From the NCBI GenBank assembly GCA_965204135.1, contig CBDBDX010000012.1, forward strand, positions 35,503 to 99,502: 64,000 nt of DNA, in the 5' to 3' direction. Within the stretch, counting starts at the first letter, position 1. Each line of letters starts with the position of its first letter. Shown piece after piece: positions 27,785 through 37,175 of this stretch. Made by a program: the position numbers and the translations under genes. The notes beneath the pieces are model-generated. The model was not told the DNA's origin and did not search any database. It saw only the letters and a list, made by a program, of their open reading frames with translations. The DNA comes from Dehalococcoidia bacterium. GTDB lineage: Bacteria; Chloroflexota; Dehalococcoidia; Lucifugimonadales; Lucifugimonadaceae.

Positions 27785-27919
27785 CGCACCCCCGCTTGCG
27801 TCTTCTTGGAGTCCGATGTCATCTAAGGGATGGAAACTGTGTTTGGCTTAGGTTCAAAGTATAAATCTGGCAAATTCGCCGATGCTGTAAATCTCGACGC
27901 AACACCGTATCATGGGCGC

Positions 27920-28699
27920 ATGAGCAACGAAAACACACTTCCGATCTCCAAAATCCTAGTCACTGGCATGAGCGGCCTAATCGGCGGCCTCGCTGGGCGC
28001 GAGTTGGCGCAACGCGGCTACGAAGTCTCGGCTCTCAACAGGCAAGACGTTCCAGGATTTCCAACTACACGAGCCGACATCACTCATCTCGAGGCGATTC
28101 GTCCCGCCTTCGAGGGCATCGACTGCGTTGTCCACATGGCCGCATACCTAGGCCCCTCCGACGCATCGCAGTTGTCCGTCAACATTGAGGGTACCTACAA
28201 CGTCTACGAAGCCGCCAAGGATGCTGGGGTTAAGCGTTTCGTGTTCGGGAGTTCGGGCGCGACGCAGATGGGCTACGAGCGCGAAGAACCAGTCCTATCG
28301 ATGGTCGAAGCACGCTACGACGACATCCCGGATCCGCCTGGGCGCGTCTACGTCGATTCGCCTGCGCGTCCGGACAGAATGTACGGCGTTGCCAAGGTAG
28401 CAGGCGAGGTGATGGGACGTTACTACTCCGAAACGCACGGCATGTCCGTGATCTGCATCAAACTTGGCAGAGTCACCGCCGAGAACAAGCCAGACGACGC
28501 CCGCAGCGCGGCCGTCTACCTCAGCCACCGTGACGCGGCCCAGATCGTCTGGCGTTGCGTCGAAGCCCCGGCCGACGTTCGATACGACATCGTATACGGC
28601 GTTTCCGACAACAAAACTCGCTTCAGAGACCTCGAACACACCACCAATTTAGTCGGCTACGTGCCCGAAGACGGCGCAGACTGGCAAAACGCCGAGTAA
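27920..28699 (+). CDS. NAD-dependent epimerase/dehydratase family protein
   Basis: ILVTGMSGLIGG, YGVAKVAGE (YxxxK). Start trimmed to 27920. Confidence 0.8.
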   Translation: MSNENTLPISKILVTGMSGLIGGLAGRELAQRGYEVSALNRQDVPGFPTTRADITHLEAIRPAFEGIDCVVHMAAYLGPSDASQLSVNIEGTYNVYEAAKDAGVKRFVFGSSGATQMGYEREEPVLSMVEARYDDIPDPPGRVYVDSPARPDRMYGVAKVAGEVMGRYYSETHGMSVICIKLGRVTAENKPDDARSAAVYLSHRDAAQIVWRCVEAPADVRYDIVYGVSDNKTRFRDLEHTTNLVGYVPEDGADWQNAE

Positions 28700-28748
28700 C
28701 CAGCTTCTTACGTCTTCTGATTGACGTATGTCAGATCGATGCGTTCGT

Positions 28749-29531
28749 TCAAACGATCCGCGTCCCAATAGGCTGCCCTTCCGCACACTTGACCAAAGCC
28801 CCACGTACCCTGCCGTCAATGATGTGCGCTGACTTCGTTCCACCCAGAGACTCGATGCACGCCTCGAGCTTGGGTATCATCCCTCCGCCAGCAACTCCGC
28901 TGTTGATCAGATCAACACATTGGCGCTTGGTCATCTGCGGTATCACACGTCCCCGCATATCCAAAACTCCCTCAACATCTGTCTGAAACACCAATGAGCT
29001 CGCCTTCAGCGCACGCGCCAAATGGCCAGCAGCGGTGTCAGCATTGATGTTGAGTATCTGATCTTCGAGAGATGTTGTCTCGAGGTTCAAGGCGGCCGGT
29101 CCGACGACCGGTATCCGTCCCGAATCGACGATCACTTGTGCCGGAACAGGGTTGGTTCTCTCGATTCTGCCGACGTAACCCAAATCCGGATCCTGAATAA
29201 CGGCACTGAACATCCCGTCAGAAACTCCAGAGACGCTCACCGCTGGAGCCCCCGCACGCGTGATCTCCGCAACGAGGTTTGAGTTCACCAGACCCGTCAA
29301 AACGGCTACTGCTACCTCTAACGTCCCCGCGTCAGTAACGCGCAGCCCGCGTACAAACTGGGACCGCACGCCCTGTCGCGCGACCCATTCGGAGATGGTC
29401 TTGCCACCACCATGAACCACGACCGGACGCATGCTCCGCTTCCACAACTCGACTATGTCGTCAATAGTCGAATCCCCCTCGCCGAGAGTGGAACCACCGA
29501 TCTTTACAACGATGCAGTCTTGGTCGGCCAT
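28749..29531 (-). CDS. argB: acetylglutamate kinase
   Basis: VVKIGGS, VVVHGGG. Start 29531 overlaps the argJ stop (TGATG). Confidence 0.9.
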   Translation of the reverse strand: MADQDCIVVKIGGSTLGEGDSTIDDIVELWKRSMRPVVVHGGGKTISEWVARQGVRSQFVRGLRVTDAGTLEVAVAVLTGLVNSNLVAEITRAGAPAVSVSGVSDGMFSAVIQDPDLGYVGRIERTNPVPAQVIVDSGRIPVVGPAALNLETTSLEDQILNINADTAAGHLARALKASSLVFQTDVEGVLDMRGRVIPQMTKRQCVDLINSGVAGGGMIPKLEACIESLGGTKSAHIIDGRVRGALVKCAEGQPIGTRIV

Positions 29532-30763
29532 CACGTGGTGTACGCCGAGTTGAAGACCACATACTCCTCGGTCAGGTCGCATCCCCAAGCTTCGCCGAAG
29601 CCATCACCGACGTTCAGATCGACCCGTAGCTCGACCTCTGGTCGATCCAGCGCCGCGATCACGCTCTGCACGTTGTAAGCGATCGCCTTGCCTTCCGCCA
29701 CGATCTGGATACCGTTGACGAAGATCTCGATCTCCGACTCGACTAGCGAAATGCCAGTCTTGCCGACCGCCATCATGATCCGACCCCAGTTGGGGTCTCG
29801 ACCGTATACCGCGGTTCGCACGAGCAGCGACGCCGCGACCGATCGGGCCGCTTTACGGGCATCTTCGTCCGAATAAGCGCCTTCGACGACAGCGTTGATC
29901 AAATGCCGCGCGCCCTCGCCGTCCCGTGCTAACTCGACGGCAAGATAGCGGTTGACATGCTTCAACGCGCTCGCGAACCGCTCTGAATCAGCGTCACCGC
30001 CTGCAACACGAGGGCTACCCGATGCGCCATTGGCAAGCACCGCCACTGTATCGTTCGTACTCTGATCACCGTCGATATCGATCTGGTTGAAACTCAGCGT
30101 CACCGCCTCTGAAAGCGTCGATTGTAGGAAAGGCTGCTCAATATCGGCGTCCGTCGAGATGAAACAAAGCATCGTCGCCATGTTCGGGTGAATCATGCCA
30201 GCACCCTTCGCACATCCGCCGACCGTAACCGTCGAACCATCACTCGCCTGGTACTGGACCGCGATGTGCTTGGGGTGCGTGTCAGTAGTCATGATCGCCT
30301 TCGCGAACTCCAAACCCGCATCGTCGCCAGCCCTAACATCAATACGCGGGGTGTTGTCCCTGATAAGGTTCATCGGCAACTCGACGCCAATAACTCCAGT
30401 TGACGCAACCAACACTTCGTCGGCACTCACGCCTAGCTTGTTAGCGCCAATCGCAGCCGCGTTCCGAGCGTCGATCAACCCCTGTTCGCCGACCGAGCAG
30501 TTCGCACAGCCGCTGTTTGCTATGACGCCTCGTGCGCTCCCGCGCCCAACCACATCTCTAGACACTGTGACCGACGGAGACATGATGCTGTTGCGTGTGA
30601 AAGTTCCTGCGACGGAGCAATCTCGGTCCGAGTAAAGCAGGCCAAGATCGTATTTGTCTTCGCCCGGCGTCTTGATGCCGGCGAACACTCCGCCGGCCTG
30701 AAATCCTTGAGCCGTGGCGACACCGCCGCCATCGACAATCGTCAGATCGTTATCGTTCGACAT
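29531..30763 (-). CDS. argJ: bifunctional ornithine acetyltransferase/N-acetylglutamate synthase
   Basis: KGAGMIHPNMATMLCFISTD (autoprocessing site) and a C-terminal SAYTT tail. Confidence 0.9.
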   Translation of the reverse strand: MSNDNDLTIVDGGGVATAQGFQAGGVFAGIKTPGEDKYDLGLLYSDRDCSVAGTFTRNSIMSPSVTVSRDVVGRGSARGVIANSGCANCSVGEQGLIDARNAAAIGANKLGVSADEVLVASTGVIGVELPMNLIRDNTPRIDVRAGDDAGLEFAKAIMTTDTHPKHIAVQYQASDGSTVTVGGCAKGAGMIHPNMATMLCFISTDADIEQPFLQSTLSEAVTLSFNQIDIDGDQSTNDTVAVLANGASGSPRVAGGDADSERFASALKHVNRYLAVELARDGEGARHLINAVVEGAYSDEDARKAARSVAASLLVRTAVYGRDPNWGRIMMAVGKTGISLVESEIEIFVNGIQIVAEGKAIAYNVQSVIAALDRPEVELRVDLNVGDGFGEAWGCDLTEEYVVFNSAYTT

Positions 30764-30868
30764 TGCTCACATCTCGACCTTCGCCTTGCGAGGTCGGCCT
30801 AGTCTGGTTGTTATCCAAAGGCGAAAATCGCCCATGAAATAGACTTTATAAGAGAGACCATTGCAAAA

Positions 30869-30913
30869 CCCTCCCCCTTGATGCCCAAGGGGGAATTAAA
30901 GGGGGTTTAGAGC
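30869..30913 (-). repeat. module-2 hairpin repeat, inverted copy
   Basis: Reverse complement equals gctctaaaccccctttaattcccccttgggcatcaagggggagg. Confidence 0.85.
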
Positions 30914-31049
30914 CTCGCAGGCCAAGTGAACCAAGCTCAATGCCAAACCACCCCTACGCGCGGCCAACCTGTCACACAGTTCTGCAATCGTCTCTGTAAC
31001 CGAGAGACCCGTTTCTGAATTGGCCCATTTTTAGCAGGGGACCATTATC

Positions 31050-32081
31050 ATGCTCGAAACTCACAAAGCCGATGTATTAGTCGCAGGTCAAGGTGCTGCC
31101 GCCTTCGCCGCCGCACTTTATTCCGCTCGCTACCAACTCAGCACCATCATCGCCTCCGAATCCTTCGGCGGCGAGACCGCCATCGGCGGTTTGATCGAAA
31201 ACTACCCCGGCACTCCCGACATCGACGGCTTCGACCTCATGCTCAAGTTCAAGGAGCAGGTCGACAAGCTCGAAGTCCCCACAATCTCACGAAACCTCGA
31301 AGCGGTCGAGCCAGACGGCGACCGTTTCATCTGCACCCTCGGCGGCGGTGACATCGTAGATGCCGGTTCCGTCATCCTCTGCGTCGGCCGCGAGCGCCGC
31401 ACGCTCGGACTGCCCAATGAAGAGGAATGGACCGGCAAAGGCGTCTCATACTGCTCAACCTGCGACGCACCCCTATACCGCAACAAAGAAGCCGCGGCAG
31501 TAGTCGGTGGAGGCAACGCGGCAACCGAGGGCGCAATCCTACTCGCCCGATACGCCAAACACGTCTATCTCGTTTACCGCGGCGACAACCTGTGGCGACC
31601 AGAGCCTATACAGCTCAAGGTCCTATCTCAAATCCCCAACGTCCGCGTCCTGCTGAACACAACCGTCACCGAACTCATCGGCACGGATCTCGCCGGATTG
31701 ACCGCCATCCGCATCTCCCGCCCGATGGACGACAACGAGAAGGTCAAGATACACCCTGAGCAGACCGAGCCGTTGAACAAATCTCGCAAGGATGACCACG
31801 GCAAAGACATCATCGACCTTGATGGAATCTTTATCGAAGCCGGAGCCGACCCTAGGCTCGAAATCCCCAGCATGCTCGGCCTTGATCTAAACGATGAAAC
31901 AGGCGAAGTCCACGTAGACCGCGGCCAGCGCACCAGCATGCCCGGCATCTACGCGGCGGGCGACCTCACCGACGGCACATCCCTCAAGCAAACCGTAACC
32001 GCCGCCTCCCAAGGCGCCATCGCCGCACTCTCCGCATACGGCTACGTCCTAGCAGGCGAGCACCACTATGAAGCCGCCTAG
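31050..32081 (+). CDS. thioredoxin-reductase-like flavoprotein (CSTC redox motif)
   Basis: DVLVAGQGAAA, ENYPG, SYCSTCDAPLY, VVGGGNAATEGA, AAGD. Has an insertion of about 40 aa and YRGDNLWR in place of HRRxxxR. Confidence 0.75.
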   Translation: MLETHKADVLVAGQGAAAFAAALYSARYQLSTIIASESFGGETAIGGLIENYPGTPDIDGFDLMLKFKEQVDKLEVPTISRNLEAVEPDGDRFICTLGGGDIVDAGSVILCVGRERRTLGLPNEEEWTGKGVSYCSTCDAPLYRNKEAAAVVGGGNAATEGAILLARYAKHVYLVYRGDNLWRPEPIQLKVLSQIPNVRVLLNTTVTELIGTDLAGLTAIRISRPMDDNEKVKIHPEQTEPLNKSRKDDHGKDIIDLDGIFIEAGADPRLEIPSMLGLDLNDETGEVHVDRGQRTSMPGIYAAGDLTDGTSLKQTVTAASQGAIAALSAYGYVLAGEHHYEAA

Positions 32082-32095
32082 CAACTTCACCGTAC

Positions 32096-32160
32096 CCTCC
32101 CCTTTTTGCGCAGCAAAAGGGGGACGCGTCGAACGTAGCGAGGCGCAGGGGGTTCATACC
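32096..32160 (+). repeat. module-1 two-hairpin repeat, copy B
   Basis: cctcccctttttgcgcagcaaaagggggacgcgtcgaacgtagcgaggcgcagggggttcatacc. Confidence 0.85.
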
Positions 32161-32187
32161 GTCGCAGAGGAAGAAGCGAGTGGCCTG

Positions 32188-32226
32188 AACCCCCTTCAAT
32201 TCCCCCTTGAGCAGCAAGTGGGAGGG
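32188..32226 (+). repeat. module-2 hairpin repeat, copy B
   Basis: gaacccccttcaattcccccttgagcagcaagtgggagg. Confidence 0.8.
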
Positions 32227-32240
32227 TCACTGCAATCGTC

Positions 32241-32292
32241 CCCTCTCCCTCGATGGGAGAGGGCTAGAGCCTGCCCCGGGCTTGATCCGGGG
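32241..32292 (+). repeat. two further hairpins (ccctctccc-tcgat-gggagaggg; ccccgg-gcttgat-ccgggg)
   Basis: Perfect 9-bp and 6-bp stems read directly. Confidence 0.75.
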
Positions 32293-32312
32293 GTAAGGGT
32301 GAACCACACACC

Positions 32313-33461
32313 ATGAGAGCCCCCATCAGCACCACATCCCAGGAGCGTCTGGTAACCGCGCCCGACATCCCGCACGCCGAACCGAAACTCGGCACAGTCG
32401 CCGTCCTCTACACCAAACCCGAAACCGTCCTCTCCGACTACACCGACCTCATGGACCTAGCCGGATACCAAGACTCCCTCACACCCGACATCGAGACCCT
32501 TCTGAAGGTAAACATCTCTTGGCAGCACTACTACCCGGCCTGCTCGACAGCCCCGTGGCAGATCGAAGGCGTCGCCAACAAACTCCGTGCCGACGGCTTC
32601 GACGATATAACCGCCGCACACAACGGCACCGTAGTAGTTGATCCTATCGAAGGCCGCATCAAAAACAAGCACGCCGCGGTGGAAGACCGACTCAACATCC
32701 CGCACGTCATCCTCGACACGCCGGAAATGGAGTGGGTGCGCTACAAGCCCCAAGCCGAGATGCTCGTACTAAACGACATCTACAAAGACGGCATCTACAT
32801 CCCCGAACTGCTCCTCGGCACAAACATCATCCAACTCCCAACCGTCAAAACCCACGTCTTCACCCAGATGACCGGTGCGATGAAAAATGCCTTCGGCGGA
32901 CTCCTCCACCGCTACCGCCACTGGACCCACGCCCAGATCCACGAAACCCTCGTCGACCTCCTCCAGATCCAGCGCGAAATCCACAGCGGACTCTTCGCCG
33001 TCATGGACGGCACCTTCGCCGGCGACGGCCCCGGACCTCGCGCCATGCGCATCCACACCAAGAACATCATCCTCGCTTCCGCCGACCAAGTAGCCATCGA
33101 CGCCGTAGCCGCAAAACTCATGGGCTTCGACCCCATGACCATCCCCAAAATCCGCATCGCCCACGAAATGGGACTAGGCATCGGCAACCCCACCCAAATC
33201 GACCTCAAAGGCGACGACATCGCAAACGTCAAATGGGACTTCTCCCCCAACGAAAACACCTTCGCCTCCCGCGGCCAGAAACTCATCTACTGGGGCCCCC
33301 TCAAACCCCTGGAAGGCATGCTCCTCCGCTCCCCCATCACCCCCTGGGCCTTCGTAGCCTCCAACCTCTACCACAACGAATTCTGGCTCCGCTTCATCGG
33401 CCGGAAACGCGTCGCCAACGCCCTAAAAACCCCATGGGGCAAACTCTTTGAGGACTACTGA
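32313..33461 (+). CDS. DUF362 domain protein
   Basis: LKVNISWQHYYPACSTAPW, KTHVFTQMTGAMKN, DGTFAGDGPGPRAM, LASADQVAIDAVAAKLMGFDP. Confidence 0.65.
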   Translation: MRAPISTTSQERLVTAPDIPHAEPKLGTVAVLYTKPETVLSDYTDLMDLAGYQDSLTPDIETLLKVNISWQHYYPACSTAPWQIEGVANKLRADGFDDITAAHNGTVVVDPIEGRIKNKHAAVEDRLNIPHVILDTPEMEWVRYKPQAEMLVLNDIYKDGIYIPELLLGTNIIQLPTVKTHVFTQMTGAMKNAFGGLLHRYRHWTHAQIHETLVDLLQIQREIHSGLFAVMDGTFAGDGPGPRAMRIHTKNIILASADQVAIDAVAAKLMGFDPMTIPKIRIAHEMGLGIGNPTQIDLKGDDIANVKWDFSPNENTFASRGQKLIYWGPLKPLEGMLLRSPITPWAFVASNLYHNEFWLRFIGRKRVANALKTPWGKLFEDY

Positions 33462-33564
33462 ACGGTTCAGTTCAGTTGCGCTTTCATTGATTCAAACGTG
33501 CCATTGAGTTAACCTTAAGTCTTAGACACTAGAGTTTTCGCTCAGTGATGCCATCCGATTTCGC

Positions 33565-33641
33565 GGCCCCGTGGTGTAGTGGCCTAACACGCCTCCCTGT
33601 CAAGGAGGAGATCGGCAGTTCGAATCTGCTCGGGGTCGCCA
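33565..33641 (+). tRNA. tRNA-Asp (anticodon GTC), CCA encoded
   Basis: Acceptor ggccccg/cggggtc, anticodon arm cctcc-ctGTCaa-ggagg, T-loop gttcgaatc, 77 nt. Confidence 0.9.
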
Positions 33642-33707
33642 CTCTTCCCGAAAATCCCATTCCGTAGAACCGCGTGCAACCGATCAACCCCGCGCGTACG
33701 CCAAGCT

Positions 33708-34085
33708 ATGAAACTCTACGAAGCAGCATTCCCATTCCAAGACGATGTCCTAGCCCTGCCCGTAACCGACATCGACACCGCTTCAAACTGGTACGCCAAA
33801 ACCTTCGGCTTAACCGAAACTGAGCGGCATGATGACCCTGTCGATACCGTCATTATGGAACGCGACGGCACCCGCATCGGCTTCGCAGTCAACGGCGGCG
33901 ATCCCACGCAAGACGGCGCAGCAATCCGAGTGTCCGACATCCACCGCGCCAAAGCCGAGCTCGAAGCAAACGGAGTCGAAACCGCAAACTGGCGCATCGA
34001 TGAACGCGACGGACAGAAACTTCAAGTCTTCTTCGTCATCGCTCCCGACGGGCTCTGCTACTACTTCCACCAACCCATCGACTGA
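33708..34085 (+). CDS. VOC/glyoxalase family protein
   Basis: 125 aa. LPVTDIDTASNWYAKTFGL ... APDGLCYYFHQP. Confidence 0.7.
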   Translation: MKLYEAAFPFQDDVLALPVTDIDTASNWYAKTFGLTETERHDDPVDTVIMERDGTRIGFAVNGGDPTQDGAAIRVSDIHRAKAELEANGVETANWRIDERDGQKLQVFFVIAPDGLCYYFHQPID

Positions 34086-34145
34086 TCTCTTCCGTCACGG
34101 TGAAGACTCCTTTATCATTCCCTCAGCAACCCAAGGAGTCTCCTC

Positions 34146-35357
34146 ATGAAGATCACCGATCTCAAGTGCGCCATCATCGGCGACAACCCCATCGTCCGCA
34201 TCACCACCGACGAGGGCATCGATGGCCTCGGACAAGCCGAATGGACCAAGCCCTACCTCAAACCCTTCGTCCTCTACTACAAAGATGCCATCCTAGGGCA
34301 AGACCCCACCGACGTTGAGCGAGTAGTCAGCCGCATTCGCCGACTCGGTAGCTTCAAACCTTGGGGCGCTGCTGTCAGCGCCATCGAGGTCGCCTTGTGG
34401 GACATCGCCGGTAAAGCCGCCGGAGTCCCCGTCTACAAACTACTCGGCGGCAAAGTCCGCGACGAGGTTCGTGTCTACAACGGTGGCATCCGCGTCCCCC
34501 TAAAAGGCAACGAACCGGAGCACTACGCCGAAAACATGGCCGAGATGAAGGAGTTCAAGGAAGGCTTCTCCATCATCAAGCAAGGCATATCCTTCCACTC
34601 CCAGATGGCCGCCGAAGTCCCCAACTACTTCTACGGCGAACTGCCAAAGTACGACGGACCACCACGCGGCGGCGTCCGCCCACCAGTCGGAGGCCCGTTA
34701 ACCGAACAAGGCTTAAAGCACACCATCGCCTGCGTCGAAGCCATGAAAGACGTCCTCGGCGACGAAGTTGGACTAGCCCTCGACTGCGGCCCCGGAATGA
34801 CCGTCCACGACACCCTCCGCCTCGCCAAGGCCCTCGAACCGCTCAACGTCATGTGGCTCGAAGACACCATCACCGGCGACTACACTCCCTACGTCCTCCC
34901 CGAACTCTTCCGCGAAGTGCAGATGCAGACCTCGACACCTATCCACACAGGAGAGCAGATCTACCTCCGCCAAAACTTCAAAGACCTAATCGAATCCAAA
35001 GCGGTCCGGGTCATCGGCCCCGATCCCCTCGACGTCGGCGGCATCGCCGAACTCAAATGGATCGCCGAATTCGCCGACATGCATGGCATCATGATCGCAC
35101 CGCACGGCGTTGCCGACGGCATCATCGGCATCGCCGCACACGTCCACCTCGCCGCAACCCTGCCCAGAAACTACATCGCCCTCGAATACCCCGCCGGCAA
35201 ACCCGAATGGTGGTATGACATCATGGACGGCCTCCCCGACCCAATCGTCGAAAACAGCCATATCAAAGTCTGGGACACCCCCGGACTAGGCGTCCAGTTC
35301 AACATCCCTGAAGCCAGGAAACACCTCTCCGAAGAGGACAAAGACTTCTTCGACTAG
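34146..35357 (+). CDS. enolase superfamily protein (MR/MLE family)
   Basis: MKITDLKCAIIG...ITTDEGIDGLGQAE, LALDCG, WLEDT, HTGEQ. Confidence 0.85.
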   Translation: MKITDLKCAIIGDNPIVRITTDEGIDGLGQAEWTKPYLKPFVLYYKDAILGQDPTDVERVVSRIRRLGSFKPWGAAVSAIEVALWDIAGKAAGVPVYKLLGGKVRDEVRVYNGGIRVPLKGNEPEHYAENMAEMKEFKEGFSIIKQGISFHSQMAAEVPNYFYGELPKYDGPPRGGVRPPVGGPLTEQGLKHTIACVEAMKDVLGDEVGLALDCGPGMTVHDTLRLAKALEPLNVMWLEDTITGDYTPYVLPELFREVQMQTSTPIHTGEQIYLRQNFKDLIESKAVRVIGPDPLDVGGIAELKWIAEFADMHGIMIAPHGVADGIIGIAAHVHLAATLPRNYIALEYPAGKPEWWYDIMDGLPDPIVENSHIKVWDTPGLGVQFNIPEARKHLSEEDKDFFD

Positions 35358-35370
35358 GCAGATGTAGCAC

Positions 35371-35436
35371 CCTCCCCTTTTTGCGTGAGCAAAAGGGGGA
35401 CGCGTCGAGCGTAGCGAGACGCAGAGGGTTCATACC
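35371..35436 (+). repeat. module-1 two-hairpin repeat, copy C
   Basis: cctcccctttttgcgtgagcaaaagggggacgcgtcgagcgtagcgagacgcagagggttcatacc. Confidence 0.85.
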
Positions 35437-35645
35437 GACCCACGGCAGAAAAAACTCCAACCCGCCCCATCATGCCCATCTCCATTCAAATACCATAATC
35501 TCTCAAATTTGCTTACCAACGGACTCAACAACTCGCCAAAATATCAAAAAATCATAGGAAAACACGACTCCACGCACAGAAACGCTTCCAAATCGCGCAT
35601 AAAATGACGCGTAACAGGGTCCCCTGACATTGACTGGAGAAGGGT

Positions 35646-36161
35646 GTGATGATGTTAAGCGAAAAACTCCTCGGCGCATTCAACGACCAGATCGAACTTG
35701 AGTTTTACTCTGCTCACGCGTACCTCTCAATTGCCGCATACTTCGAAGACCTGAATCTTCCCGGCTTCGTGAATTGGTCAAAGATCCAGTTCCAAGAAGA
35801 GACTCAACATGCGATGAAGTTCTTTGACTTCGTCCACGATCGCGGCAACCGCGTCACACTCCACGGCATCGACATGCCGCCGGCCGATTGGGCTTCCCCC
35901 ATTGATGCCATGCAACAAGCCCTCCAGCACGAGCGAAAAGTCACCGCCGCGATCAATGACCTCTACGAAGCAGCCTCCGAGGAAAACGATCGCGCTGCCC
36001 AAGTCTTGCTTCAATGGTTCATCGAGGAGCAGGTCGAAGAAGAGAAAATGGTCGAAGAGATCGTCGACCACCTTCGCATCGTTGGCGGCGACGGCACCGG
36101 CCTGATCGTCATCGATGCCCGTCTCGCAGAAAGATCACCCGAAGAAGACGGCGGGGAATAA
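35646..36161 (+). CDS. ferritin (non-heme, Ftn type)
   Basis: ELEFYSAHAYLSIAAYF, QEETQHAMKFFDF, FIEEQVEEE. Confidence 0.85.
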   Translation: MMMLSEKLLGAFNDQIELEFYSAHAYLSIAAYFEDLNLPGFVNWSKIQFQEETQHAMKFFDFVHDRGNRVTLHGIDMPPADWASPIDAMQQALQHERKVTAAINDLYEAASEENDRAAQVLLQWFIEEQVEEEKMVEEIVDHLRIVGGDGTGLIVIDARLAERSPEEDGGE

Positions 36162-36193
36162 CATCCGCCATTCTTCTAGTAGTCGAAGGTTGC

Positions 36194-36598
36194 TCACGAC
36201 CGTGCGTCTTGCCGCTCTAACTCGCCGCACCACCGCAACAGCAGTTCGTCCGCCGTCAATAACACTCCGCCTACAGCCATAGCCGTGGCGGCGATGATCC
36301 GATCTGCCGGATCGTTGGGCAACCCTTCGATTTCAGTTGACAAAATCCCAATTTCACCTGTTAATGGGATTTCCTCAACGCCCAATGATAACGCTGTTCG
36401 ATGCCAAATCCGAGCTGAAACTTCCATGCGTAGGCGACCTTTCCCCAATAGCATCCCAATCTCCCAGAAGGAGAACGAAGACACGAACAGACTTCCTTCC
36501 CACAGTGCCTGATCAATTGTCTGGCGAGCCGTTGAACCGAGATTATTGTCCCCATCCACGTACCAAATCAACGCGTTGGTATCAAGGACAGTGCTCAT
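36194..36598 (-). CDS. vapC: type II toxin, PIN domain (VapC family)
   Basis: VLDTNALIW..., PADRIIAATA. ATG 36598 overlaps the antitoxin TGA (ATGA). Confidence 0.8.
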   Translation of the reverse strand: MSTVLDTNALIWYVDGDNNLGSTARQTIDQALWEGSLFVSSFSFWEIGMLLGKGRLRMEVSARIWHRTALSLGVEEIPLTGEIGILSTEIEGLPNDPADRIIAATAMAVGGVLLTADELLLRWCGELERQDARS

Positions 36599-36825
36599 TG
36601 TTTCATCGCGTCCCACTCAACATCTATCGGAGAAATGATGTCGCCCTTATACGTGATCATTCCGCGCATTGCACCGAACATCGATTTCCGCCGATCACGA
36701 GCCGGGATCAACTCCGCAATCGGTACGCCACGCTTAGTGATAACTACCCGCTCACCAGTCTCTGCTACCTCATCCATTATCTTTAGGCACTTAGCCTTGA
36801 ATTCTGACGCCTTATATGTCGTCAT
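36595..36825 (-). CDS. Phd/YefM-type antitoxin
   Basis: ASEFKAKCLKIMDEVAETGERVVITKRGVPIAELIP. Confidence 0.8.
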   Translation of the reverse strand: MTTYKASEFKAKCLKIMDEVAETGERVVITKRGVPIAELIPARDRRKSMFGAMRGMITYKGDIISPIDVEWDAMKQ

Positions 36826-37103
36826 TTTCGATCTCCTTTGCCGTCGTATCCGTAGTACTCGTCCATAGGATCAGAATCTTTCATCGCATCCCACTCAACA
36901 TCAATCGGCGAAACGATGTCTCCCAAAATCTTGATCTTTCCTTTGTCTACCCCGTACATCGATTTCGGCCGATCCTCGATCGGCGTAACCTTCACCATCG
37001 GAACACCGCGCTTCGTAACTACCACGCCCTCACCTGTCTCGGCGATTTCATCGATGATCTTTAGACACTTGGCTTTGAATTCCGAAGCCATGTAATTCTG
37101 CAT
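36822..37103 (-). CDS. second Phd/YefM-type antitoxin paralog
   Basis: ASEFKAKCLKIIDEIAETGEGVVVTKRGVPMVKVTP, ...GDIVSPIDVEWDAMK. ATGA overlap with the next gene. Start trimmed to 37103. Confidence 0.7.
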   Translation of the reverse strand: MQNYMASEFKAKCLKIIDEIAETGEGVVVTKRGVPMVKVTPIEDRPKSMYGVDKGKIKILGDIVSPIDVEWDAMKDSDPMDEYYGYDGKGDRK

Positions 37104-37175
37104 GACATCACCTTTATGACCATAGTCATGACTATGGTCATTTATCCTATCACGCCACCCGACCACACGGCCGGT

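Noticed and set aside
27785-27919. T-box or attenuator leader upstream of pheS.
   Set aside because: The spacer is only about 135 nt and is shared with a divergent gene. I could not find a specifier-loop/T-box (AANNNGGGTGGTACCGCG-like) sequence.
32732-33451. Long Arg/Pro/His-rich alternative-frame ORFs, for example 32732..33451, 34853..35218, 19241..20119 and 59339..59863.
   Set aside because: Their low-complexity composition is typical of off-frame translation of GC-rich genes or of repeat tracts. Each overlaps a well-supported CDS or a repeat region.
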